Shown: positions 52,835 to 64,000 of the stretch, in pieces | How the letters are laid out: each line of letters begins with the position of its first letter | Numbering within the stretch: position 1 is the stretch's first letter | DNA from: Chiloscyllium plagiosum | Lineage: Eukaryota | DNA length: 64,000 nt | Assembly (NCBI RefSeq): GCF_004010195.1 | Contig: NC_057719.1 | Span: 91,572,512 to 91,636,511, forward strand | Direction: 5' to 3' | The notes under the pieces: generated by a model | What the model was told of the DNA's origin: nothing | What the model saw: the letters and a program-made list of their open reading frames with translations, nothing else | The model's database searches: none | Translations under genes and position numbers: made by a program

Positions 52835-53295
52835 ACAGTTGATATAGGTACTCCCACAATGCTGTTAGGAAGAGAGTTACAAGATTTTGATCAAGACATA
52901 CAAGTTTGGGAGCCTAGATCAACACCAGGTGGTTCACCCAGTATCATTCCTTTTTTCACCCAGTATCATTCCTTTTTCTGGAGACATTTTAGCATTTGTC
53001 AAAACTGAATGGCTAGTTAGACCACTTCAGAGGGCAGTTAAAAGTTAACTACATTGCTGTTGGTCTGGAGTCACATGAAGACCAGACCAGCTAAGTATAG
53101 GAGATTTCCTTCTCTAAAGGACATTAGTAAACCAGATGGGACTTTATGATAGTTAACAATGGTTTCATGGTCATTATTCAACTTTTAATTCCATTATTTA
53201 CTGAATTCAAATTCTACCATTGAACATGGTGTGATCGGAACACTGGTCTCCAACTCACATCCTGAGATTTGGATTACTCGTCCACTGATTACACA
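52835..53295 (-). mobile_element. tRNA-headed LINE family derivative (head, 5' leader, then 3' end of the ORF)
   Basis: Same body as 430-682; jumps to tcaaaatcttgtaactctcttcctaacagcattg, matching ~35215-35260; 22-bp tandem duplication at 52933-52976. Confidence 0.72.
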
Positions 53296-53299
53296 CAGA

Positions 53300-53800
53300 T
53301 GGAACTATGTAAAATGTTGGTCAGGCCACAGCTAGAGTATTGTGTGCAGTTCTGGAATCCACATTATGGGAGGGATGTGAGAGCATTAGAAAGAAAGCAA
53401 AGGAGGATTTATGAGGACATTACCTGGTCTGAAGAGGTTTAGGTGTGGAGAGAGACTGGATAGAGTAGCATCGTTCTCCTTGGAGTACAGGAGACTGCAG
53501 GGAGGACATGACTGAGATGTATAAAATTAAGAGGGGAATTAACAGCATAGATAGGAAAGAACTTTCCCCTTGGTTGAGGGATCAATGTCAAAGAAGCATA
53601 GATTTAAAGGGACAGGGCTTTGGAGGGGATGTGAGGGAGAAAGTTTTCATCCAGAGGATGCCAGAATCTGAAACTCAATGCTTTAAAATTGGTAGAGGCA
53701 GAACCCTACATAACATTTAAAAAGTGCTTAGATGTGATACCAATGCATACAAGATTGTGATTAAGTGCTAGAAAATGGAATTAGAATATTTTCGTTGTTG
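53300..53800 (+). mobile_element. CR1 LINE 3' fragment
   Basis: ggtcaggccacagctagagtattgtgtgcagttctgg (RPQLEYCVQFW). Confidence 0.8.
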
Positions 53801-54407
53801 TTTTCGACCTGGTATCCATTATCTGTGCCTGTAGATCGCTAGGAATACCATTACACCAATAATGCCTCCTCTAGGGAGCCATCACTAAAGCATGGTGAAG
53901 TTTTTTGCCAGGTCTCTGACATCTCCAGAGGTGAGTGGGGGGGGATGATGAACAAAGGTTGAGATGCAGAGTTGAAATGTCTTTTAAATATGGTGCTCAG
54001 ATGTTGGAGCCTGGAAGGCCCTGATGGGGGGCAGGGAAGCAGAACCCGACCATAAAATTTGATGTTTTACCAGCGCATATACAATGAGCTGAGAAGATAC
54101 AAACTGAACAAGAAAATCTGACCCGCCTCCCTCACCCTGAAGAAACACTTTTACATCCATTTCCACACAATCTCAACAGAAAGACAATTCCAACCAAATT
54201 GTTTAATTTGGGTCAGTTCTGAGGTCAGATCGGAGGCAATGCCCGAATTTCAACTGAGCAGATCAACCAATTGTAAATGTTCCAAAGTTTGTGCGATGAT
54301 TTGTAGCTCGGGTGCTCGTTGTTGTGGTTCTGTTCGCCGAGCTGGAAGTTTTTGTTGCAAACGTTCCGTCCCCTGGCTAGGCGACATCATCAGTGCTTGG
54401 GAGCCTC

Positions 54408-54925
54408 NNNNNNNNNNNNNNNNNNNNNNNNNNNNNNNNNNNNNNNNNNNNNNNNNNNNNNNNNNNNNNNNNNNNNNNNNNNNNNNNNNNNNNNNNNNNN
54501 NNNNNNNNNNNNNNNNNNNNNNNNNNNNNNNNNNNNNNNNNNNNNNNNNNNNNNNNNNNNNNNNNNNNNNNNNNNNNNNNNNNNNNNNNNNNNNNNNNNN
54601 NNNNNNNNNNNNNNNNNNNNNNNNNNNNNNNNNNNNNNNNNNNNNNNNNNNNNNNNNNNNNNNNNNNNNNNNNNNNNNNNNNNNNNNNNNNNNNNNNNNN
54701 NNNNNNNNNNNNNNNNNNNNNNNNNNNNNNNNNNNNNNNNNNNNNNNNNNNNNNNNNNNNNNNNNNNNNNNNNNNNNNNNNNNNNNNNNNNNNNNNNNNN
54801 NNNNNNNNNNNNNNNNNNNNNNNNNNNNNNNNNNNNNNNNNNNNNNNNNNNNNNNNNNNNNNNNNNNNNNNNNNNNNNNNNNNNNNNNNNNNNNNNNNNN
54901 NNNNNNNNNNNNNNNNNNNNNNNNN
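54408..54925. other. Assembly gap (518 N)
   Basis: Run of N. Confidence 1.
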
Positions 54926-55369
54926 AACCTTCTGAATCAGTTAATTCTAGTTCAGCTCCATTTGGGATGCAGCCGTCACTGTTAGCCCCCCTCAGGAAGC
55001 GGCCATTCTAATTCCGTTAGACACAATAAATCAAAAACGACAGAAGATGGAATACAAAATAGACAGGCAAGAGGCTGGAAGAACACACTAAACCAGGCCG
55101 CATCAGGTGGTGGAGACGTCGACGTTTCGGGTGTAACCCTTCTTCGGGATCAGGTGTTGAGTGTAAGGGAAGCTGCAGATATAGGGGGTAGTGGGGGCAG
55201 CGTGGTGAAGTAATCATTCTCATTTTGCGACTCTGAACATTCTGCTTGGTGCAGTTTTGGAGTGGAACTTGCACACTTGAAGGGGACACCTTGCATTTTA
55301 CATTCGGGTACACCTACAAACTTGTCTCTAGCATTTCCAGTAAAGCGGGGACAGTTTTCACTCAGAAAC

Positions 55370-55510
55370 AGGAGACAGAGAGAAAGAGATCGAGAGAGAG
55401 AGAGAAAAAGAGAGCGAGCACCAGAGACAGGGGGAGAGGGACAGAGAGAGAGAGACAGAGAGAGGCAGAGAGAGACAGAGACAGAGTGAGAGATAGAGAG
55501 AAAGAGAGAG
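55370..55510. repeat. (AG)n-rich imperfect microsatellite
   Basis: gagagagaga/gacagaga tract. Confidence 0.9.
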
Positions 55511-57320
55511 CATGTTTTGGCTGGTGACATTGCCAGTGGAATGGAGAGCTGGGATCCAACTAGGAAAACTAAGCTGTAAAATGAATGTACCGAGCGTGGC
55601 GAACGATTTCACACCTCGGAGATTTATGCTCTGCCGCCTGAGGTAGCTGGCGCTGACTCGCCATCACTTCAAATAACAGCAAAGAAATGGACAAATAGTG
55701 CAAAGGTTCTGGATGCTACCGACATTCTGGCAATAATACTCACGACGTGTGCTCTGGAACTTGACACCTGCCAAGCCAAGCTGTTTCAGTACCAGTACGA
55801 CACTGGCATCTACCGACAGTGTGGAACATCACCGACGTATATTCAGCACAAAAACACAGGACAAATACAAACACATCGACCTGGACCCAATATACCAACC
55901 ACTACAGCGGACAGCTGAAACTGACAACCGGAAGCGGCAGGGACAGACCACTATAAACACCGGAGGAAACATCAAAGAAGCGCTTCGCAGGAGGCTCCCA
56001 TGCACTGATGATGTTGTAAATGTTCCAATTTAATGCTGACCTCAACGACAACATAGTCTTTGCTTTCTCCTTCTCTCTCTTCAGATTCTTGGGACAATAA
56101 CCAAGATAAAGCAATGAACATAAGGTATCTAAAGGAACGGAAAGGAATTAGTGCCGTAGGGCTACAAAGAATACAACAAGGTTGCTTCCAAGTATACTAA
56201 CATACAAAGGGCAACAAATAATAATGGCAATAAAATGAGGAGGACTTGGCACTTAATTTTCAACCACGAAGTATTCAGAAAAGATAGGGAAAAGACTAGA
56301 TAGCTGGGGTGTCAGTACAGATTAGAGCAGACATTGTAGTGTTGGGCAGAAAGCATATCCTTGAAGGGCAAAGTTAGAATAGGTTGATTAGAGTTGTGAA
56401 ATAAAAATGGAAATGAACACGTCATCAGCAATATTAAATAAATCTCCAGATAGCAAGGAAGTCAATGAGAGACATAAATACAGAAGAAGAAACCTGCAGA
56501 GAAATCACAGATGTGCAATAATTATGTTGTCGCTAAATCGAAGTTAACAATGGGAGATGTTCAGCATCTTAATATTGATTGGACTAATATTAGTAAAAGA
56601 GTAAGCAGCAAAAGGGATTTCTGAAGTGCTCAGGAGAATATCCTTGATCAACATGTTCTCAGCCCAACCAAAAAAAAAGAAGCAATACAGCCTCTGATGC
56701 AGGGAATGAGGTGGGCCAAGTGAACCCAGTATCTGTGGGACAACACTTGACTAAAATATAAGATTTAAATTAGTAATATAGAAGGTCAAAGGAGAACTTA
56801 AAATAGAACACCTAAATTGGAATAAAGCTAATTTAAATGGGATAAGAGGAATTCAAGTCAGGATAAAATAGTAGCAAAGACTGATGACAAAAAGTCACCT
56901 GGTCCAGATGGCTTACATGCCTGACTGTTGAAATGAAGGAAGATTATAGGGGCTTGCCAGAATCTTCTTTAGATACAGGGAGGTTCCAGAGGAATGGAGA
57001 GTGACAAATATGACAGCCGTATTCAAGAAAGAACGTCAGATCAGAACAAAGCCAAACTACAAATGTTGAAATCTGAAACAAAAACAAAAAATGCTAAGAA
57101 TCTTCAGGTCAGGCGGTATCTGTGGAAAGATGGAGCTAACCTTTCAGGCTGGAATTTGTTATCAATACAATTTGACATTGATGCCTGTGGACATCATAAG
57201 AAATGACTTGGAAAAATCCCCAGTTACAAAGGCCAACAACTTAAAGTTAACATCTTTGTGAAGACTTGATTAAAGTCCAAACACCACCTACAGGCATAAA
57301 ATAAGATACCTGGATTTTAC

Positions 57321-57422
57321 CTTATTTCTTGGAACTGGAGACTTAGAAAATACTTCAAATAGTTCAAATCTGCTCAATAGAAACATTAAGAACCGATTTG
57401 GATCCATCATTGAAGCTGCGAT
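57321..57422 (-). CDS. UBR1: UBR1 coding exon, 102 nt (IAASMMDPNRFLMFLLSRFELFEVFSKSPVPRNK)
   Basis: cttacag|ATC...AAG|gtaa; MDPNxFL motif; phase 0/0. Confidence 0.92.
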
Positions 57423-58727
57423 CTGTAAGACAAAGGTAGTTTAAATGTCTATACTAAGCTGAGCAAATACGAAGCTTCAGAAGTGCTCAGAAATTGTGAA
57501 TTGCACACAAAGTCTAATGCTTTGTGACAGCAGTAATATACTTTCACAAAAATAATGACAAGTAATTCTAGATGTAGTCCATAAATTCGCAGAAGTCCAG
57601 CTGTTGATAAGAACACTGCCACACAAGAATTCCATTCCACACAGCTTAAAATCCAAATCAGATGGAGTACTTGCTTAATTTAAAAAAAACAGCTGCTCAA
57701 TAACATTCTTGGCCTACATCAGTGAAGCAAACAATATCTTTAAATTAATATAACTCAATCTCAAGTCATTCCTCATCCAACTCTATAAAAGCCGACTTGT
57801 AAAAATACAGTTTTGAAGATAATATAGAGGGATGATATATGCCCAATCATGCTTGCATCCTTTAAACAATTAGATAGTTTCCAAGATCCAATGATATACC
57901 TGCGGATATCACTTTATTTCAGTTAACACTCTAAACAATCAAAACACTTTACGAAATTGTGTCTGTCCATTCAGGTCACAAAGTTAACTTAACTGTAAAC
58001 TGTTTAATTTTTGTCCTGTTCTCAGGCTATTTTTCGCCAAGCTATCATGGGTTATGCACAATGAGAAATCTTATGCAATGCAATCTGATTTTTAAACGAA
58101 AAATTAAAATAACTTGCTTACAATACGTGACCAAACAATGGACAATAAGTCCCCTCAGTTCAGAGCATGTGACTAACATGCTCAATTAAGATTGCCTTTG
58201 AAATCTGATTCTAAATTTAATAGAAGGAAACAGATAAGGGAAAGTACACATTACTTAGTGAGCTACATCTAGTCTAAAACTCCTGCTGAAACACGAAAGC
58301 TTCTGTTGAGAATCCCCAGTAAAGAGAGAAGATCCAATGCAATTGCTCATACTCTTATCCAAAAAAGTAAGTATGGTTGGTTTCAGGAAAGAAAATCCAG
58401 GATCATTCTTCAGAGAATGATCTGTGCAGGTCCCTGACTTTTACAAGCCAAGATGCTGCAAGAGAGATGTTACAATTGAAATGCACTGATTGAAAGGACA
58501 GTTGAAGATTTAACAAAAACCTTTATAAGAAAACTGCAGGGCTATGACGAAAGGGGCGAACTGGATAGTTCTTTCCAAGGGCGGACACATGCATGATGGA
58601 TCATGTGGGCCTATCTTTGTGCTCTAACATTCTATGATCTCCTCCGCATCATTTCAACACCATTCCTTCAGGAGACAGAATGACCCCTTTTCAGTGATCA
58701 AATGCTCCAGTGTCAGTCATTCTACCT

Positions 58728-60345
58728 TAGAATAGAATAGAATAGAATAGAAGAATACAGCGCAGTACAGGCCCTATGGCCCTCGATGTTGCGCCGATCC
58801 AAGCCCACCTAACCTACACTCGCCCACTATCCTCCATATGCCTATCCAATGCCCGCTTAAATGCCCATAAAGAGGGAGAGTCCACCACTGCTACTGGCAG
58901 GGCATTCCATGAACTCACGACTCGCTGAGTAAAGAACCTACCCCTAACATCTGTCCTATACCGACCACCCCTTAATTTAAAGCTATGCCCATCGTAATAG
59001 CTGACTCCATACGTGGAAAAAGATTCTCACTGTCAACCCTATCTAAACCCCTAATCATCTTGTACACCTCTATCAAGTCACCCCTAAACCTTCTTTTCTC
59101 CAATGAAAACAACCCCAAGTGCCTCAGCCTGTCCTCATATGTTCTTTCTACCATACCAGGAAACATACTGGTAAACCTCCTCTGCACCCGTTCCAGTGCC
59201 TCCACATCCTTCCTATAGTATGGCAACCAAGACTGCACACAATACTCCAGATGNNNNNNNNNNNNNNNNNNNNNNNNNNNNNNNNNNNNNNNNNNNNNNN
59301 NNNNNNNNNNNNNNNNNNNNNNNNNNNNNNNNNNNNNNNNNNNNNNNNNNNNNNNNNNNNNNNNNNNNNNNNNNNNNNNNNNNNNNNNNNNNNNNNNNNN
59401 NNNNNNNNNNNNNNNNNNNNNNNNNNNNNNNNNNNNNNNNNNNNNNNNNNNNNNNNNNNNNNNNNNNNNNNNNNNNNNNNNNNNNNNNNNNNNNNNNNNN
59501 NNNNNNNNNNNNNNNNNNNNNNNNNNNNNNNNNNNNNNNNNNNNNNNNNNNNNNNNNNNNNNNNNNNNNNNNNNNNNNNNNNNNNNNNNNNNNNNNNNNN
59601 NNNNNNNNNNNNNNNNNNNNNNNNNNNNNNNNNNNNNTATTTTTTGCAATAGTCTACCATGGGGGACCTTATCAAATGCCTTACTAAAATCCATATATAC
59701 CACATCTACCGCTTTCCCCTCGTCCATCTCCTTAGTCACCTTCTCAAAGAATTCAATAAGGTTTGTGAGGCACGACCTGCCCTTCACAAAACCATGCTGA
59801 CTATCCTTGATCACATTATTCCTATCCAGATGTTCATAAATCCTATCCCTTACAATTCTCTCTAGGACTTTGCCCACAACAGAAGTGAGACTCACCGGCC
59901 TATAGTTACTAGGGTTATCCCTACTCCCCTTCTAGCCTCCAGTCTTCTGGCACTATTCCTGTAGACAATGAGGACATTAAATTCAAGGCCAATGGCTCTG
60001 CAATCTCCTCCCTTGCTTTCCAGAGAATCCTAGGATAAATGCCATCAGAGTGATCTATTTTCACCCTTTCCAGAATTTCCAACACCTCTTCCCTACATAC
60101 CTCAAAGCCATTCATTCTACTTAATTGTGACTCAGTATTCACATTGGCAACAATGTCCTGTTCCTGAGTGAATACTGACGAAAAGTATTCATTCAGTGTC
60201 TCCCCAATCTCTTCAGCCTCCACACGCAACTTCCCACTACTATCCTTGACTTGACCTATTCCTACCCTAGTCATTCTTTTATTCCTGACATACCTATAGA
60301 AAGCCTTAGGGTTTTCCCTAATCCTACCAACTAAGGACCTTTCAT
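58728..60345 (-). mobile_element. Relatively young CR1 LINE 3' half with (TTCTA)n tail, split by a gap
   Basis: QHGFVKGRSCLTNLIEFFE, YMDFSKAFDKVPHGRL, HLEYCVQSW; (AGAAT)n on plus strand at ~58728-58750. Confidence 0.93.
59254..59637. other. Assembly gap (384 N)
   Basis: Run of N inside a CR1 copy. Confidence 1.
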
Positions 60346-60584
60346 GTCAATACAAAAAGATAATTGAGTTTGTTGATAGTGACCTTTTTGTATTGACCTT
60401 TAGCCAATACAAAAAGATAATTGAGTTTGTTGATAGTGTTAGATATCCCTGGTACCAATCCCTGCAGTTCTATTTCTGAAATGAAAGACTAAGCCACACC
60501 AAAATGGTGTGTTTGCTCAACTTGGTAACTATTTTTAAACAAATGTGAATTTTTCTGACTACATTTTAAACATTCCAAACATAC

Positions 60585-60650
60585 CTGCAACATGATGATG
60601 TCTTTGTCAAACATCTCTTCCCTCCATTTTACTTTTCGGTAACAAAACGC
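60585..60650 (-). CDS. UBR1: UBR1 coding exon, 66 nt (AFCYRKVKWREEMFDKDIIMLQ)
   Basis: ttttcttgag|GCG...CAG|gtat; REEMxDKDIIMLQ motif; phase 0/0. Confidence 0.92.
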
Positions 60651-60926
60651 CTCAAGAAAAAGAAAACCACAGTTACAAATTTTGTTAATTCTTGTGGACA
60701 TTTACTGTAAACAGCAAGAAATCAGCCATGGATTGGAATCATGGGTAAAAGATCAAATAATAAGGCATCTTTATGGATGACTTTTGGAGTACTTTGATGT
60801 CAAATTATTAATGGATTATCCTTGCACGACAAACTAACTAATAAACTCATTCTAATTTAAACTGTATTCATCATACACCATTAGGTTTAAACAACTCTAT
60901 TAATCCATTCTGTTCTGAACCCACAA

Positions 60927-61268
60927 AGGTGGCTCAGTTGTAGTAGTGGCCTCACAGTGCCAGGGATCCGGGTTTGATTCCAGCCTCAGGCTACTGTCTA
61001 TGTGGAGTTTGCACATTCTCCTTGTGTCTGCGTGGGTTTCCTCCAATTGCTCCAGCTTCCTCCCACAGTGCAAAGATGTGCAGGTCAGGTGGATTGGTCA
61101 TGCTAAATTGCCCATAGTGCCTAGGAATATGCAGGTTGAGTGGGTTTGCCATAGGAAATTCAGATTTACAGGGATACGGTAAAAGGGCCTGTCTGGGATG
61201 CTGTCCGGATGGTCGGTGAGGACTCGATGGGCCGAATGGCCTGCTTTTACACTGTAGGGATTCTATGA
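60927..61268 (+). mobile_element. HE1-type SINE (older variant)
   Basis: ggtggctcagtt head, HE1 body, cactgtagggattctatga tail. Confidence 0.85.
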
Positions 61269-61559
61269 CACATGTTGGACAACCAACAAACTTAATGCGC
61301 TAAGATAATCTTGAATCTCTGACAGGTGAAATATCCAAATCAGCAGCATTTGCTTTTGACCAATCAATCAGGAGATTGAGGATCACATTATTATGGCTTT
61401 TTGACTAGAACCAAGCCAAATTAACAAAAGTGCGTCCATAGCCTTCCAAAATAACTTTAACACCCCGAGAATCTTATTTTAAACAGGCAACTATTTTTAT
61501 TTTAACTTTAATATAGCAAAATATCCTCAGGCATAAAATGCATAAAAGTGGATAAATCC

Positions 61560-63025
61560 CTAGGACCTTATAAAGCTGCAACATGACATCCTGATTTTTG
61601 TACTCAATTTCCCAACCAATAAAGGCAAGCATGCCATAAGCCTTCTTTACCACTCTTTCTACTTGCGTGGGCACTTCTATAAATCTGCGGACTTGAATCC
61701 CAAGATCACTCATACATGAATGCTGTGCAGGGTCCTGCCATTATCTGCATACTTTTCGTTAACATTTAATCTCCCCAAAGTGTAGCATCTCACACTTACC
61801 TGAATTAAACTCCATTCTGCCATTTCTCCACCCACATTTGAATTTGATCTATATCCTGCTGTACCTTTTGACAATCTTGTACACTATCTACAACTCCGAT
61901 CTTTGTATTGTCTACAAACTTATTAACCCACCCATCTACATTTTCATCCAAGTCATTTTTGTATATACGTATATCACAAACTGTAGAGGTCCCAGGATAC
62001 ATCCCTGTGGAACACCCCTGGTGGTAGAAAGTTGTTTTTCAGACTGGAGGCCTGCAACCATCTGTTCCCATGGGAATCAGTGCTAGGTCCACTTTTGTTC
62101 GCCACTTATATAAATGATTTAGATGAAAGAATAGAAGACATGGTTGCAGATGACATCAAAATAGGTGTCCAGTGGATAGTGAAGAAGGTTATCTAAGATT
62201 TCAAAGAGATCTTGATCAATTGGGTCATTGGGCTGAGGAGTGGCAGATGAAGTTTAATTTTGGATAAATGCGAGGTACTACATTTTGGTAAAACAAACAA
62301 GGGCAGGTCTTAGCTAATTAAAAGTTAGGCCTTGAGTAAAACTATAGAACAGAAGGACCTCGAGGTTCATATACATAATTTGTTGAAGTTTGCATCAGTA
62401 GACAGGATGGTTGAGAAGTCATTTAGCATGTTTGCCTTCGTTGCTCAAATCTTTCAATTTAGGAGCTGGGGTGCCATGTTGAGGTTAATTGGTGAGGCCG
62501 CTTTTGGAGTACTGTTACCACTTCTGGTCACCCTGCTGTAGGAAGGATATTATTAAGCTAGAGAGAGTTTAGAAAAGATTCACCAGGATGTTGCGGGAAT
62601 AGAGAGTTTGAATTACAAGGAGAGGCTGTGTAAACTGGGACTTTTTCCAGTGTAGGAAGTTGAACAGTGACCTTGCAGAGGTTTATAAAATCATTCGGGA
62701 TATAGATCAGGTGAATGACAGGTGTCTTTTCTCTAGAGTTGGGGATTTCAAGATGAGGGAACATATTTTTAATATGAGAGGAGAAAGATTTTAAAAAGAC
62801 ATGAGAGGCAATCCTTTTACTCAGAGTGGAGAGTGGTTCGCATGTGGAATTAACTTCCAGAGGAAGTGGTGAATGCAGGTACAGCTACAACATTTAAAAC
62901 ACATTTGGATAAGTACATGAGTAAGTAATGTTTGGAAGGATATGGGTCAAGCGCAGGCAGGTGGAGCTAGTTGGTTGGCATGGACTGTTTTATATAAAGG
63001 GTCAGTTTCTGTGCTATATGACTAT
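61560..63025. mobile_element. Two CR1 RT fragments back to back (minus 61560-62018, plus 62019-63025)
   Basis: NKFVDNTK and KKAYGMLAFI on minus; RT to 3' tail on plus. Confidence 0.82.
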
Positions 63026-63324
63026 TTTTTTCAAGTTCGACCATGTACAAGGTTTCTATTTCTCAGAACCAAATTCAAAAAGAATCACTTTTTTCGGTTT
63101 AGAAGGGATTTGTTCTGGATTCCTCATTCTCAGGTTTTGATGAAGTTGACAAGTCCATTTCCTGAATTTCTCACTGCAGAGATCAGAGCGAGTCAAGTTT
63201 CAATAAATATGAACCCACGTTCATAATACCCTCACCGGCATGAATTTTCTTGTATAAAAAGCAATCACATCAAAGGTCAAAAAATGCTTGTTCATAAATA
63301 AATAAGTCGCCATCTCCGCAGTAC

Positions 63325-63435
63325 CTGATTTACTAAAGAAAATCCATTTCTTCTCCACATATCAGCTGAGACCTGAGCCATCAGCACTAAGCAACGCAAT
63401 GGGTAGTCCATCAATTTTTCAACTTGAAAGTCTGA
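63325..63435 (-). CDS. UBR1: UBR1 coding exon, 111 nt ([37 protein letters not shown])
   Basis: ttgcag|TCA...CAG|gtac; carries the conserved YPLRCLVL and MWRRNG motifs. Confidence 0.93.
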
Positions 63436-64000
63436 CTGCAATAATTAGCACAACAGTAGGTGGTTAATATAGAGCAAGTATGTGTTTCAAAAAACAATAC
63501 CTGTTAAAAATGACACCATTTCGCCAAGCTAATTATCCAACTAATACCAACACTAATAAATATTAAGGATGTGTAAACTTAAATGACTCCAGACTTTAAA
63601 AAAGCTGGACAGCTTTGTATATTCTAATGGCTACTGTAATTTCCTGACTCAAAACAAAATTTTACAAAATAAAGGTACAATCTTTGAAAACACACCAGAT
63701 ATAATCTTTAATATAACTCAAGCAACTTTGAGATCATGGTATAAAGGCTTATTTTAGTTTAGTTTCTATGAAGAATGGAGTTACAAAAGAAAAAAAATGA
63801 AAGACTATATGCATCTATGCTTTAGAGAAAAACTGAAAAAGCTAAACTTACTCCAAATCCAAAGGTTAAATGTAAAACTTTTATCTGTATGTAATACTTT
63901 CAATTAACACATGTATCATAGAATCAAAAATCACAGACAGAGGCTAATCTGCAATTTCACTGAATGACAGCAAGCTGGAGATTTCATCACTGATTTACAT

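Larger units (their letters stand above)
54287..56015. mobile_element. Penelope terminal repeats in inverted orientation bracketing a gap, a second Penelope-derived fragment and an AG-rich tract
   Basis: catcatcagtgcttgggagcctc (54385-54407) inverted relative to gaggctcccatgcactgatgatg (~55991-56013); KHIDLDPIYQPL resembles a Penelope ORF end. Confidence 0.65.
2872..63435 (-). other. UBR1: UBR1 gene span (partial; 14 internal coding exons, continues beyond both window edges)
   Basis: Spliced translation runs [18 protein letters not shown]...MWRRNG...DKDIIMLQ...GERYVPGVG...ENNETGLENVI...ALPPPLPP...[25 protein letters not shown]...[11 protein letters not shown], collinear with vertebrate UBR1 as recalled. 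DFQVE, ENNETGLENVI, GSSA, the 34-aa DPN exon and AEAAKL/QKNFIE favour UBR1 over UBR2. Confidence 0.93.

Noticed and set aside
51648..54124. Possible old PIF/Harbinger-like element bounded by gggctgaattttc and gaaaatctgaccc
   Set aside because: The inverted match is short and imperfect, and I found no clear TSD or readable transposase.
54239..55011. Long ORFs of 180-248 aa
   Set aside because: They stay open only because they cross an N gap. The same applies to the ORFs over 59254-59637.
55150..55612. Arg/Glu-rich and Ser/Leu-rich ORFs
   Set aside because: Translations of the (AG)n microsatellite.
57308..57320. Alternative donor (CCAG|gtatc) 11 nt past the exon end
   Set aside because: It would shift the frame; the proximal AAG|gtaa donor keeps phase with the next exon.
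2872..63435. Calling the gene UBR2 or a pseudogene
   Set aside because: A few residues look UBR2-like (GFSLVNQ, DVIQQ), but most diagnostic segments and exon lengths fit UBR1. All 14 exons splice in frame without stops.
1..64000. CRISPR arrays, operons or prokaryotic defence systems
   Set aside because: No regularly spaced repeat-spacer array or gene-dense segment; the sequence is vertebrate intron and exon DNA throughout.

Overview
Vertebrate genomic DNA, almost certainly a shark or other elasmobranch (HE1-type SINEs, abundant CR1/HER1-type LINEs, Penelope-like elements). The whole window lies inside one large minus-strand gene, the N-degron E3 ubiquitin ligase UBR1. I traced 14 consecutive GT-AG coding exons by hand from 63435 down to 2872 (1498 nt, about 499 codons, phases all compatible, no stops); the gene continues past both edges. 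The introns are mostly decayed retroelements and contain two N gaps. The most interesting non-gene signals are: (1) a family of tRNA-headed (Pol III A/B box) elements in which the head runs directly into an APE-endonuclease/RT ORF with no visible ORF1, present as a near-complete copy plus internally deleted derivatives down to a ~360-bp head+tail SINE; (2) many short fold-back Penelope-derived elements with 10-14 bp target-site duplications and minimal hammerhead-ribozyme cores with covarying stems; (3) a Deu-type SINE whose tail ends at a UBR1 3' splice site. Repeat family names are from recalled consensus features, not a database search, and repeat boundaries are approximate.
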